Shown here piece after piece: positions 24,020 through 36,284 of a stretch of 64,000 bases of DNA (positions within the stretch are counted from its first letter, which is position 1; each line of letters begins with the position of its first letter). The DNA is from Podarcis filfolensis. Lineage: Eukaryota. Both the position numbers and the translations under genes were made by a program. The notes below the pieces were generated by a model. It made no database searches. It saw only the letters and a list, made by a program, of their open reading frames with translations, and was not told the origin of the DNA. The stretch lies in assembly GCA_964270895.1 (NCBI GenBank), contig OZ185448.1, one strand, 5' to 3'.

Positions 24020-24826
24020 ACTGGCATGTGGACCCTGGAACATTGCCAAGAAGGGAATGGCCTTCAGCTCTTGGGCTTAGGAAGGTTTCTTCATCCATGC
24101 TTCAAAGCATTTAAATAAATCAAACAAAAGTCTGATGAGATGGACTTTCAGCTTGAAATGGGGTGAGGGTGGGGAGATACATATGGGAGTTTTAAAAAAT
24201 GCTGAGATATATGTTTTTATGCTGTCTGCTTTCATGCTGCTCCCCTGTGTTTTATTGTTGATCTTCATATATGTTTAATTCACTTTTATTCTTGCTTGTA
24301 AGCTGCTTTGAGAACTCTCAAAGCAGATACCAATACTTAGAAAAATTAATAACACTGGAACACAGGAAAGTGCCTTCTACTTAAGTCAAACTTTTGGTCC
24401 CCCTAGCTCAGTATGGTCAACACTGACCGGCAGCAGCTTTCCAAGGTTTCAGACAGGAAAGCGTCACCTAGGCTTACCTGGAAATGGAAGAAACTGAGCT
24501 TCTGCATCCAAGTAATGTACATGACCTGTAAGCTACATCTCTTCCCCTAAATTTTTGCTATAAGGAAAAGCTGTAGGCATTTGCAGCTCTTTCCCAGGTT
24601 CAGTGTTGTCTAGATAACTATGACTATTGACTTTCACCTCCCACTCAGCTTTCCTATAATGCCATGGCCACTCATCCCAACAAGAAGGTTGGGAAGAAAA
24701 GAGACCAAAAGATTTTTGAAACTAGGGGCATCATTACAGATGCTTTCTGAAGTATTCTTCTTACCACGTGTGCAACTGACATGCCCAAAACTGTAATTCT
24801 ACAGTTTTGCAAGGGCGTAGTTGCCT

Positions 24827-25205
24827 TCTGATGCTTTTGAATTATGGTGCTGGAGGAGACTCTTGAGAGTCCCATGGACTGCAAGAAGATCAAACCTCTC
24901 CATTCTTAAGGAAATCAGCCCTGAGTGCTCACTGGAAGGACAGATCCCGAAGCTGAGGCTCCAATACTTTGGCCACCTCATGAGAAGAGAAGACTCCCTG
25001 GAAAAGACCCTGATGTTGGGAAAGATGGAGGGCACAAGGCACAAGGAGAAGGGGACGACAGAGGATGAGATGGTTGGACAGTGTTCTCGAAGCTACCAGC
25101 ATGAGTTTGATCAAACTGCGGGAGGCAGTGGAAGACAGGAGGGCCTGGCGTGCTCTGGTCCATGGAGTCACGAAGAGTCGGACACGACTAAATGACTAAA
25201 CAACA
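24827..25205 (+). mobile_element. Bov-B (RTE) LINE 3' fragment with 8-bp TSD
   Basis: DAFELWCWRRLLRVPWTARRSN...RLQYFGHLMRR; tail gacacgactaaatgactaaacaac; TSD agttgcct at 24819-26 and 25206-13. Confidence 0.93.
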
Positions 25206-25884
25206 AGTTGCCTGGAAGTTTAGCATAGCTCTGCTTCTACAAGGGCATCTAATCTGCAGATGGAGTGTCTTTAGTGCACCTTGTCCTAACCACCCATTTC
25301 TTAGCACAGTCATTCTTAATGCCCGCCCATGTTTAAGCTGCCCCAAACCAGAATTGCAATGCTGACTTTATCACTGTTAACAGAAAAATTGCAACAGGGA
25401 GGAAAATATGTGATGGAGTGTGAAGTTCTGAAAACAACATATTGTATATTATGTAATTATATTTTGCAACTGTTTCCAACATTCCATCAAATATTGCTTT
25501 CTCAGTATAGTAATCGCCCATCTGTTCTCCATTTGCTAAAATGGTTTCCCCATATCTCAAGATGACTATTACGACTTTTTTTTTGTTTGCCAGGAGAAAG
25601 TTTTAAGAATTGGTAGTTGGGAAGGTTTAAACTCTCCAAGTCAATTTTTTAAAAAACTCGCACCACTATTCCTTCTGAAGATAAGCAGAAAATATACTGA
25701 TGGTGCTTAATAAGACCTCATAAATGAGATACAGGAGACCAAATCAAAAAAAATTCTGGATTGCTTTATTTGATGTTTAACTGTGTTGTAAATTGCTTCG
25801 AATTTTTTTATTAAAAATATAAAGTGCTATAGAAATGAAGAAAATAATAATAATAATAGTGATAATAAATAAAGCACAGACTTT

Positions 25885-26045
25885 GCATTCAGAAGGTCCC
25901 AGGTTCATTCCACAGCATCTCCAGGTAGGCTTGGGAGAGGCCCCTACTTAAAATATTGGAGAGCAGCTGCCAGTCAGTATAAGCAATATTGATTCTAGAT
26001 GGACCTGTGGTCAGACTCAGTATAAGGCAGCTTACTATGCTCCTG
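25885..26045 (+). mobile_element. tRNA-headed SINE; other copies 28297-28668 (+, split), 56400-56560 (+), ~24355-24540, 26745-26930 and 26935-27060 (-)
   Basis: ttgcattcagaaggtcccaggttc tRNA-like head, body ending tagatggacc..gactcagtataaggcagctt.ctatg. Confidence 0.75.
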
Positions 26046-26047
26046 TA

Positions 26048-26295
26048 CAGTGGTACCTCGGGATGCGAACGGGATCCGTTCCGGAGCCCCGTTCGCATCC
26101 CAAACGGAACGCAAGATGCGACAGCGCATCTGTGCGGGTCACGTTTCGCCGCTTCCGCGCATGACGTCATTTTGAGCGTCTGCGCATGCGTGAGTGGCAA
26201 AACCTGGGAGTAATGCGCTCCGTTACTTCTGGGTTGCCGCGGAGCGCAACTCAAACATGCTCAACCCGAAGCACCTTCAACTCAAAGTATGACTG
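26048..26295. mobile_element. Tc1/mariner MITE, CpG-rich subfamily (same as 42873-43124)
   Basis: TA|cagtggtacctcggg ... aagtatgactg|TA. Confidence 0.88.
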
Positions 26296-27811
26296 TATTC
26301 CTCTTCGTCCCCACTCACCCACACACTGCTTGTGACCATAAACAGAGCTAGCTTCTCTGACACCCGGAGCGGTGCACATGCTGTGCACCCAGGAGTGGGG
26401 CTAGCCGCCTGCGGGGGTGCTGCCAGGAGCGGCAGAGGTAGCGTCCCAGGGGGCTGGGGTGGCAATGTCACCCCCCTCAGGGATGACACCCGGGGCAGAA
26501 TGCACCCACCGCACCCCCTTCCTCTGCCAGTGCTAGTGACAGCTACTTTTGAGTTCAAATCAAACTTCTATAGGAAGTAGCTTTTCTTACTTTTGAAAGC
26601 TGACCATGAAGCTCAGAACATTGACCTTCCAGCTTTAGCTGAACCCAGGAGCAGCTGTCATGAGCTGCAGAAAAAATGCAATGATGGGGATGCAGCTGGA
26701 TGCACTACTTGTAGATCCTTTGCACTAAATTTCTTCCTTAGGAGCAGAGGATGATGCCTCATCCTGAATCAGACCAAGGGGCCATGTACCTCAACAATGT
26801 CCCCATTGACTGGCAGTGGTTCTCTTAAGGTTCCAGGCAGGAGATATTCATAGCTTTATCTGGATATGCTGGGAGTTGTACCTGGGACCTTCTGAATTCA
26901 AAGCAGATGCTCTATCACTGAGCTATGACTTTTCCTAGAAGCTGTCTTATACTGAGTCAGATAAGTTACCCATCTAGCTGAGTAATGTCTACAGTGACTG
27001 ACAGTGGCTGTCCAGGGCTTGAGACAGGTACCGCTCCCACCTTTGTAGAGAGATGTCCAGGATTTACCCAAAACGTAATCATTGTGTCAAGTAGCCATTG
27101 ATAGCTCTATCACCCAAGAATTTGTCTAATAGTATTTTGAAGCCATCCAAATTGTTTCCCCTCTTAACACCAGTAATGAGTGGTGAGGGCTTGTAGATCT
27201 ACGTAAATAGGTCCCAACATTCTGTCACACACTACTGTGACCAAGAACCAGAACACAGAGTGGGACCACCTAAATGGGAGAAAATTAAATGTGCCTTTTG
27301 AGGACTCTGCGTAAAATTTGCCTCCTGCGTCCCTAACAGTGGGTGTGTCTGCATGTTGGAATATATTGTCCTCCCCCCATGCCCAGATCTTTTGCAGGGT
27401 ACAAACTCTGTACACACACACACACACACACACACATTTTGCTGCTAATATCGAAAACACTAATAATAAATCAAAGCCCTTAGGATTGTGAGTCAACTTT
27501 CACTTCGGTGGATTCCACCCCTCCGCCCCGCAAAAAAAAGAAAGATTTAAAGTGTTATTCAACCTTCTCACTAACCAGATGTTTGCAATCATCCAAAAAT
27601 ACATCTCTACCTCTGTGAGTTTTCCCTTTCCTTAACTTCTCTCTCTCTTTTTTTCCACCAGCGTTCCTTCTCAAGGGGAATTTACATAACAACATGGGAC
27701 GCGCAAAATGCTTTAAAGCTCCCAACCATGACAGTGCAAATTACTATCATTTGTCAGCCCTGTGCGCAAGGTGCTCCACTTCAGGCAACGGAGATGGGTG
27801 GCATGCTGCGT

Positions 27812-27812
<1 letters not shown>

Positions 27813-27848
<36 letters not shown>

Positions 27849-27887
27849 ATGGCATCATCATGCATAGCACTCACAAATGCTCGGTTG

Positions 27888-27924
<37 letters not shown>
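27813..27924. repeat. (GT)16 and (CT)18 microsatellites with a sense UGCAUG (27859-27864) between them
   Basis: Direct read; 79-190 nt downstream of the 133-nt exon donor. Confidence 0.9.
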
Positions 27925-27927
<3 letters not shown>

Positions 27928-28001
27928 TTTCTGGGGAGGTGGCAAAGGAGGGCAGGAGAAGGCAGCACCAATGGCCAAAAGGAGTCCCAAGGGTCTACTT
28001 A

Positions 28002-28250
<249 letters not shown>

Positions 28251-28438
28251 TCACCAAAAAGAGAAAGAGCCTTAGCTCATTCAGAACTGGAAGGCTATAG
28301 TCCAGTGGTTAGAGCATCTGCCTTGCATGCAGAAAGTCCCAGGTTTAATTCTAAGCATCTCCAGATAGAACTAGGAAAGACTCCCTTTCTGAAACCCATG
28401 GAGAGCCACTGACAGTCAGTGTAGAGAACACTGAGCTA

Positions 28439-28646
28439 TAAATAAATTAAAAAGTTAAAAAATTGTCCAGTAGAGACAAACTAAGTTTGTTCTGAATATA
28501 AGCTTTCATGTGCATGCACACTTCTTCAGATACCTACCTTATACCCAGAACAAACTTAGTTGGTCTCTAAGGTGCTACTGGACAATTTTTTAATTTTTTA
28601 ATTTATTTCGACTGCGTCAGACCAACACGGCTACCTACCTAAATCT
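28439..28646. mobile_element. Penelope-like element pseudo-LTR fragment in inverted arrangement, inserted into a SINE
   Basis: cagaacaaacttagttggtctctaaggtgctactggac ... cagaccaacacggctacc motif recalled from reptile Penelope pLTRs; inverted arms ~28439-28501 and ~28538-28608. Confidence 0.8.
28495..28534 (-). ncRNA. Minimal type I hammerhead-ribozyme-like motif
   Basis: GGUAU-CUGAAGA-A-GUGUG CAUG CACAU-GAAA-GC-UU-AUAUU: core, stem II, palindromic AGCU stem III, stem I with G.U pairs. Confidence 0.6.
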
Positions 28647-29993
28647 GATTCAGTATAAGGCCAGGTTCCTAGATGCACTCGTATATAAATCTCCAACTGG
28701 TACTTGCTTAGAGGGATGAGACCAGAGCTGAATTTGCGAGGAAGTTTATTCCATTTTCCCAGCGTTTCCCTAACTCTTAATATCCGCGTTATATTTGATC
28801 TTTCACATGACGTAAAAGTCACTTTTGGAAAACTAATGGAATAGAGAACATTTCCATTTTATTTCAGGTGGGGATGGGGGGGGGCATCCATCTGCAGCCC
28901 CCTTAAGCCAGAAAATCAAAAGAATAAAGTGACAAAATTAGGGGCGGCACACCAACGTACAGTTCTTCCCTGCTGTTTTCACGGAGGAATTATGGGAGGA
29001 CGGCAGCAGGACTGTGTGGAAAGGGTGAGGAGGTAGCAATATTGTTGGATGACATTTGTCCTTGTGCCATACCACACCCACTTGTGTGAAAGAAATTTAG
29101 TGTGATATGCTGTTATATCGGTCCAAAAGCCACAATTATATAATGCAACAGGTGCTGCAGTGTGAAAGTAAATTAGAAAATGGGACAGATTCCCCACATC
29201 TGAATGTACCCGAGGTCATAAAGTGTGTGTGGGGGGGGACCTCAGTTATATCAAGTTAGGCTCTTATCTGTTGTAGCAGGAGCTAGGGATGAGCGAGCAA
29301 TACGCTTTCCCCTTCACATTCTAATTCACACTTCTAGAAACTCTGCTCAGACAGAAATACTGGAATCGTATCCTGAAAAATTTGCACTCCTCTGAATTTA
29401 TATGCATATGCCAACCCCCCAACCCCCCCAAAGATACAAAAATCGTATTAGGGAAATGGCTTTCAGAAAACGTGTATATTAGGAGAAATATGCTCCAAAG
29501 TATTCTTTCATAAGTCCCCCGCTCCCATGCTTTTTATATTGCAAAGTGATTTAAAACTGCTGAACTGAATTTAAAATGGGGTGTGTGTGTGACAAACTGA
29601 GAGAAACCAAAATAAACATTCACCCATCTTTAGCAGAGGTACTGCTGCTCTACATAAGTTAGAACAGGGGTGGATAACATGGGGCCCTGCAAAGTGGTGG
29701 TTTGTGGCCACTGAAACTGGTAGGGCAGAAGGCAGGAAGGCCAACAGTAGGTGGCGCCAGAGCCAACAACCAGGAGAACCCACCAACTCTAGTTTTGTCC
29801 CAATCCTCTTCCTTGCTATGTTCTCCAAGGGCAACACTGAGACTAAGGATTTTTAAATGTAGTTTCTTTTCTCATTAATTGGTTGAGACTGTTCAGGAAA
29901 AATGCGGGAGGAATTTCTAGCACCACACTAGTCTATATAATCACAGAGTTTGAATGAGCCAATGGAGACAGGGCTTTGCAACAAAGACCTTTT

Positions 29994-30327
29994 AGCCACA
30001 TTCACACCAGACATTTAAAGCACTATGATTCCACTTTAAACCATTATGGCTTCCCCCAAAATAATTCTGGGAGCTGTAGTTTGTTAAAGGTGATGAGCAC
30101 AGTTTCAGAGACCCCTACACCTGTCCCAGAGCCACAGTTTTAAGAGGTGTTTAACTATCAATCCCTCTTCACAAGGAACTCTGGGAATTGCAGCTCTATG
30201 GTGGAATTAGGGGTCCTCTAACAACTCTCAGCGCCATTAACAAAATACTTCCCAGAATTCTTTTGAAGAAATCCTGACTGTTTAAAATGGCACCATAGTG
30301 CTTTAAACGTATGGTATGAATGTGGCC
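29994..30327. mobile_element. Harbinger-like MITE with ~35-bp TIRs; related pieces ~35595-35740 and 59640-59820
   Basis: gccacattcacaccagacatttaaagcactatg ... catagtgctttaaacgtatggtatgaatgtggc. Confidence 0.75.
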
Positions 30328-30689
30328 ATTGAGTATTTCACAAAAGGAGAGCTTACCACTGTGCTCACACCTGAACTGCAAACAAACGCCAATTCATCCC
30401 AAGTAATATTAATAAATAGCTAATTTTATTCCCATTCGTTTTCTTATTAAATGAGATAAAAATTGTGTGGAAGGCTATCAGATGGCATATTTTAACACAC
30501 ATAAGTTTGGCGGGGGGACCCGAAATGCAGAATGAAGGATGTTTATCTCTCAACATCAGAAATTCCCCTAGATGAGATGTGTATTATAAACTGTATATTT
30601 AAGTTTTGAAGCTCAGGGATAGATGACAAAGTCGCAGATGCAAAACCCAACAGGGGGGCAGATTTCCCCATCAAAGCCATAAAAACATA

Positions 30690-30800
30690 CAGCCCTTTTA
30701 ATGGCCAATTATTCCTTGCATCCCAGCTCTAATTTGGATTTGCATAAGAGCGCCATATGCCAAAAGAAAGGTGCGCCGTCAAAATGGATGAATGAATCTC
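30690..30800. promoter_or_regulatory. Candidate conserved non-coding element
   Basis: Unique sequence with TAAT cores and octamer ATTTGCAT (30738-30745); conservation not verifiable here. Confidence 0.3.
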
Positions 30801-31230
30801 TCTTCTCATTACTCTGCCTCTCTTCTCCCCATGCATCAGCCGCTGTGACAACTTCCCATCATGAGTCTTGTGATACTTCCTTCAGGAAAGCATGTGACTT
30901 AAGTCTTCAATGGAAGGATGGGGAACCTATGGGTCTGATGAAAGAGAAATCCCATTTTCTTTGCTTTTTAGTGAGAAACCACCTAATTTGCATTTCTAGA
31001 ATCAATAAGGTAACCAAAACACAACTAGCCTTTGAAATCTGTCCTTCTCTGAATTTTGTGAACTAGTTTTCCAACCAATGTAAGCATACATTTTCTTCAC
31101 TGGAAAAGTTGCGTACCGACTAGATTATATTTGGGAAATTTGCTTGCCAAATTGTTTATGTTGGTAAAAATGATGGGTGTGCATATGGAGAAATTTACAT
31201 TAAAATGCTGAAAAAATGCCATGAGGTTTT

Positions 31231-31231
<1 letters not shown>

Positions 31232-31277
<46 letters not shown>
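31232..31277. repeat. (AAT)n microsatellite; also (TTA)n 48835-48896 and (CAGT)n(CAAT)n ~43991-44052
   Basis: Direct read. Confidence 0.9.
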
Positions 31278-31460
31278 TGCTGCTATGAATAGAGAATGGA
31301 ATTTAGGGTTTTAAAAATGAGAAACTAAAAACTGACAGATTTGTCCAACTCTGTTTCAAGAAGTGAAAATCCGGACATGGCAGTTGTTGACAAAACTGCA
31401 AAAAAATAACATTTTTGGGCTATTTTTAAGGAAAAGAGGCAAAAACAATACTGCCGACGT

Positions 31461-31574
31461 GGGTTGCCATATGTCTGGATTTTCCTGGGCATTTTGCTGA
31501 TTTCCGCTCAGACACTGCTTCCGAATGCAGTATTCTAGGTATGTCCAGGAAATTCCGGACATATGGCAACCCTA
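31461..31574. mobile_element. Small MITE with (a)gggttgccata TIRs; related element ~60645-60840
   Basis: gggttgccatatgtctggattttcctgggcat ... atgtccaggaaattccggacatatggcaaccc. Confidence 0.7.
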
Positions 31575-33169
31575 TCTAACTCTAACTGTGGCACCCAGAT
31601 GTTACAATCTGAACTAAATATATCAAGAACTAAATAAATCAACACCAGAGTGCAGAGGTGTCTCTTCAGCATATGATAAGCTGTACAATGAAGATTCCGT
31701 ATGCACTTTTGTGGGGAGGAAAGTCCACAACTTAGGGGATCCAGAGAGAATGTCCTCTCCTCGGACCCCCCTCCCCCAACCTCTGGGGGCAGTGGAACTA
31801 CCAAGAGTACAATAGGGCCCTCTCTGTTGATCTTAATACCTGAGAAGGGCTGCAGGGAAGGATACGGTCTTTCAGATATTTGGGGCCTAAGTCATTTGGG
31901 CCCCAGATAGCATCCAAGTTCCCATGTATCCATGGGAACTACATCTTCCATAGTTCTAATCATTTGTGGGTGCTGCATATGATTGTGGCAGCATCTAGAG
32001 CAGCCTTTCTCAACCTTGTGTGCCCAGATGTTGTTGGACTACACCCCCCATCATCCTGTTAGCAGGACCAGTGGTCAGGGATGATGGGAGTTGTAGTCCA
32101 CCACCCGTCGCTGCTCTGCCACCCAGGCAAAACCTGAGACTCCACCATAGCAGGCCCATGCACTGCAAAACCCCTCTCTTGCTCTTCTTGACCCACCCTT
32201 TGCAAATGCAAAATCCCTCTCATACTCCTCCTCCAAGCCCCACCCAACGCTCTACCCACATCCTGTGATAACTCTTGGCTCTCCTCTTCATGGACCCACC
32301 TTACGCCCACATAAACTCCCGCTCAGACTCTTGCTCTCCTCCTCCCACTGGAACCACCCTCTGCCTGAACAGTTTTGAGGAGGAGGAGGAGCTCAAATAC
32401 ATGAAAAAAGGCATCCCATTTGAAGTCCAAACAGGACGGGGGACACTTTTCTCCCCTCCCCGCAAAAGGATGATCACATTTGTCTAGGGACAGGTGGCAA
32501 CCTTAGGGTAGGGAGATGGTTTCCACTGAATTTGGGCCTGCTATTTGAAAAAGTATGGGCAGCATTCAGCAAAATATATGCCTTCAAATTATTTTTTGGT
32601 GTGTGTTCTACACATTTTTTATGTTCTACACTTCCTTTAATGGCCCATGCACACATGCAGAATATTGCTTCCATCATCAAGTGATGAAAATTCACACGCA
32701 AAACAGTGATCGCTGATCAATTGCAGACAAATTAAATGAAGTACTTGCATGCAGGAACCAATCCTAATCTTTCACGGATCCTGTATATGTGTGTGGATTT
32801 CCTGCTGTCTTAATTGAGTAGAAGCATGCTTTCTTCTATTTCCCTTTTCCATGTTTTTCAGGATTACTTAAACAGTCATTAATTTGCCATTGTTCTAAAC
32901 TCCACATCGATATTAAACAGGGTTGTTTAACGAATTTTGGACAAACACTTTCTTACAGGCCATTCTCATTTGAAATTCATTGAAAAGAAAAACACACGCA
33001 CTCACGCACACACACAAACACACAAAATCTCTAATTAATGTACAAGTTTAATCACCATTCCCCACACGGAAGAGTAATTTTTCACTGTTCATTTGCTTGG
33101 TGTAATCTCCGAACTGACATAACAGAAAAGCAATAGCCTATAAATCTGTTCCCATTTGTTCCTTTAATA

Positions 33170-33430
33170 TTCATATTGCATTGAACTACAGCTGCTTGTT
33201 GCTGAAGTCTATTACAACATGCAAAAGTGTCGATAAAATATTATGAAAGACAAGATGTATTTGCTGTGTGGTGGCGTCTGCCATTTATTTTTCAAAGGGA
33301 TGATAAATGGCTTGCGAATTGTCCCTTTGCTTGCTGCTGACGGGGTGATGATTAGTGATTAATTACCTTGCCCCAAATTGACAGGGCACAAGGAAATTGA
33401 CACAGCCCTGATTAATTAACTTTTTCTCTT
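33170..33430. promoter_or_regulatory. Candidate enhancer CNE with Pbx-Hox and Meis motifs
   Basis: TGATAAATGG 33301-10, TGATTAAT 33356-63 and 33409-16, TGACAG 33379-84, TGACAC 33398-403. Confidence 0.5.
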
Positions 33431-34033
33431 TCTTTTTTTAAAGGGAAGATGGTTACAAAAAAAATGCACAAAACCAATTGAATGGTAGTATGAATTATGG
33501 AAAGGCAAAGTTGAAAGTCAAAGGCATTATTAGCCCCAGTGTTCTGGGGCTGGGAGCATTTTCGTATATAAGGTTTGCTTCAAGCTAAAATGGAATGTGT
33601 GAAATAGATCACAGATCACCAGGGACCTTCTTAATTTAGGCACTGAGTAGGCTAGATTAAAAAAAAAATCATTTATGCAAAGGCAGGGGACATTTTTTCG
33701 CCCAAGTGTGGCATTCCCTTGTGGGCAGCCTTCTGATTCCCCAATGGCAGGGCCGGGCAGGGCCAGATACAAAAGTCAACAGAGTAATGGATGTATTTTT
33801 CACCTTCTTTACAGTAGGCTAGTTTCTACACATATCCACACCTTGCTTTATATCCTCCATCCAAGACATTATCAGAACTCAAAGACACATTGCAGCCAGG
33901 CAAAAAAGGAAAACAGGGTGTGAAACAGGATCAGTGTGGTGCATGGTCTGGGAAGAGTCCTGAGGGCCAACCAGAGAGGCCTGGGGGGCATATTCATACT
34001 CTGAGACTGAGGCTCCTCAGCCTTTATAGAGTA

Positions 34034-34262
34034 CAGTCATGCCTCGGGTTACAGATGCTTCAGGCTGCATTTTTTCAGGTTACGGACTGCCGAAACCCAG
34101 AAGTACCTGAATGGGTTACTTCCGGGTTTCGGCGGTTGCGCATGCGCAGAAGCGCCAAATCGCAACCCCCGCGTGCGCAGACACGCTGCTTCAGGTTGCG
34201 AATGCTTCGGGTTGCGAACGTGCATCCCACACGGATCATGTTCACAACCCGAGTGTCCACTG
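34034..34262. mobile_element. Tc1/mariner MITE
   Basis: TA|cagtcatgcctcggg ... cccgagtgtccactg|TA. Confidence 0.85.
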
Positions 34263-35793
34263 TACATCTATGCAGCGGCATTGCATCCTTTGCTTCTTGG
34301 CCATAATCCTGGGCACGACCCTGTCAAAAGTTGCAACCCTCTGGCAAGAGGCTACGATATATGGCAAGAGCCAAAATCCACCTATATCTGAATCAAAAAA
34401 GTTCTGGCCGTTTCTAAGCCAGATCGTTGTCTGCATAAGTTTGTTCATTACACCTTAGCTATAGCCACTGCACAGAGAGGGTAGTGCTGCAAACAGGATC
34501 GTAACTATGTACGGCATCTTAAGCTCCTAGGACAAAATGAATGAAATAAAGTAATACTAAATAAAACCCTAAAGAAAGTAGCTTTTGATGGAAGATGAAC
34601 TGCAGCAGAACAGACTCTGTGCTGCAAGTGACAAATACAGGGCAGAAAAGAAAATGATGCCTTCTCACATCATGATTGATCACTGAGCTTTTTTTTTACC
34701 AGGAACAAAGAACAAAAAGAACTCAACAGTATGGGTTCTGCTCAGAATTCACAAAGAGAATTTCACAAATCGTCACTGGGGTCCGTGGGGCAGCATGACT
34801 AGCTGTTTATGCCCCATCTCTCTTGGCTCCCCCAGCCTCAGCCTCAGCTACAAGCTTATCAGAATGCTTAAGCTTGGGCCACAGAACTATAATTTTCTGC
34901 TCTTAGTTAATTTTCAGAGTGGCCGTAATAATATCACAGAATTGCAAAATGCTGAGCAAAATACAGTCGGGCCCATCTGGATACAGACAAGCTAAGAGAA
35001 CATCATCCCATTCTGGCTCGGCATGAATGCTAGGTAGTCAAGTGTGAAATCTCTAGCAAATTAAAAAAGAAGAAAAAAGAAAAAGAAACAGCAGATGACA
35101 AAAGGAGGAGGTTAGAAACTGTGTGAGATAGCTCATTGCTTCTTTGTTCAAAGGCAGAACAAATCTATTTAAATTAAAAAGAACACGTCTCTCTTCTGCA
35201 AGGGACTTTAAGTGTGTGTGTTTTTAGTTGTTAATACAGCTGTGTAAGAAGAACACATTGCTTGATTTGCATTTATGTGCCATAGGACTTGAGGCATGGT
35301 GGTAATAGATTAGAAACCCTAATTGTGGGATGGTAACTGCGCTTGCAGAGTCCCTGGGCTGTTGGTAGGGCTGAACATCAGTGTAGGGGCTGGTATGGAA
35401 CTGACCCTTCAGTGTGGCAGCACCCATTGATATCAAGCAGGTGCCTTTATTATACTGTTTCTGGAACCTGCTAAAGACTTTTTATGTTTAGGCATCCCTG
35501 GTCAAAATCTTGACATTCTCCCAAAATGCTACATTCAGATAGAGAGCACAAACTGCAAGTATTAATAAGTTAGCATTAGGCTGTAGACATTATACATCTA
35601 GAGCACATTTACACCAAAAATAATCCTGGGAGCTGTAGTTTACCTCTCACAGAGCTACAATTACCAGCACCCTAACGAATTATAGTTCCCAAGATCCAAG
35701 ATTCCTGGGGAGTGTTTTAAATGTACAGTGTGCATGCAGCCTTAATATGTATGTGTGTTTCTGAGGGGGGGGGAGTGGGAGAGAGTGAGAGGA

Positions 35794-35862
35794 GAAGAAG
35801 AAGAAGAAGAAGAAGAAGAAGAAGAAGAAGAAGAAGAAGAAGAAGAAGAAGAAGAAGAAGAA
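35794..35862. repeat. Perfect (GAA)23 trinucleotide repeat
   Basis: Direct read; explains the poly-Arg and poly-Leu ORFs. Confidence 0.95.
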
Positions 35863-36284
35863 TTTCTAAATCTGCACACCACCCTTCTGCCCCATTATGC
35901 AAGTTTCGGTTCATCTTCTGAATAACTTGTCTCTTAAGGCCCAGAACTATTTTCAATCTAACCAACCTCCCTTTTCAAATTATAGATAACATTTATCCAA
36001 AGAGACGGCATCACCAATATTTCTGCTTGCAAATGTTGCATTTCATTCACTTTTCACACAGTTAAACATCTGGAGATAGGTATAAAAAATGGGAAAGTGT
36101 TTGCTGTACAGAACTCAATGTCCAAATATGTTCTCCCTCATTGGCTCAGCCTAAAGCTATCTTACAGTGTGTAAGAGTGTCTTACCCCCTCCCGCCTCCA
36201 CATTATTCCCCAAGTATGAACAAATTATATTTTTTCTTCAAGTCATAAAGAAATGCTATGAATTAATTTTAATTTTGCTATAGA

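Noticed and set aside
28297-28370. tRNA gene (also 25885, 56400, 11790-11839)
   Set aside because: tRNA-like heads run into SINE bodies and lack a complete acceptor stem.
35717-35965. Poly-Arg/poly-Leu and other low-complexity ORFs (also 14771-15150, 27728-28412, 48692-48978)
   Set aside because: Translations of microsatellites or the antisense of a real exon.
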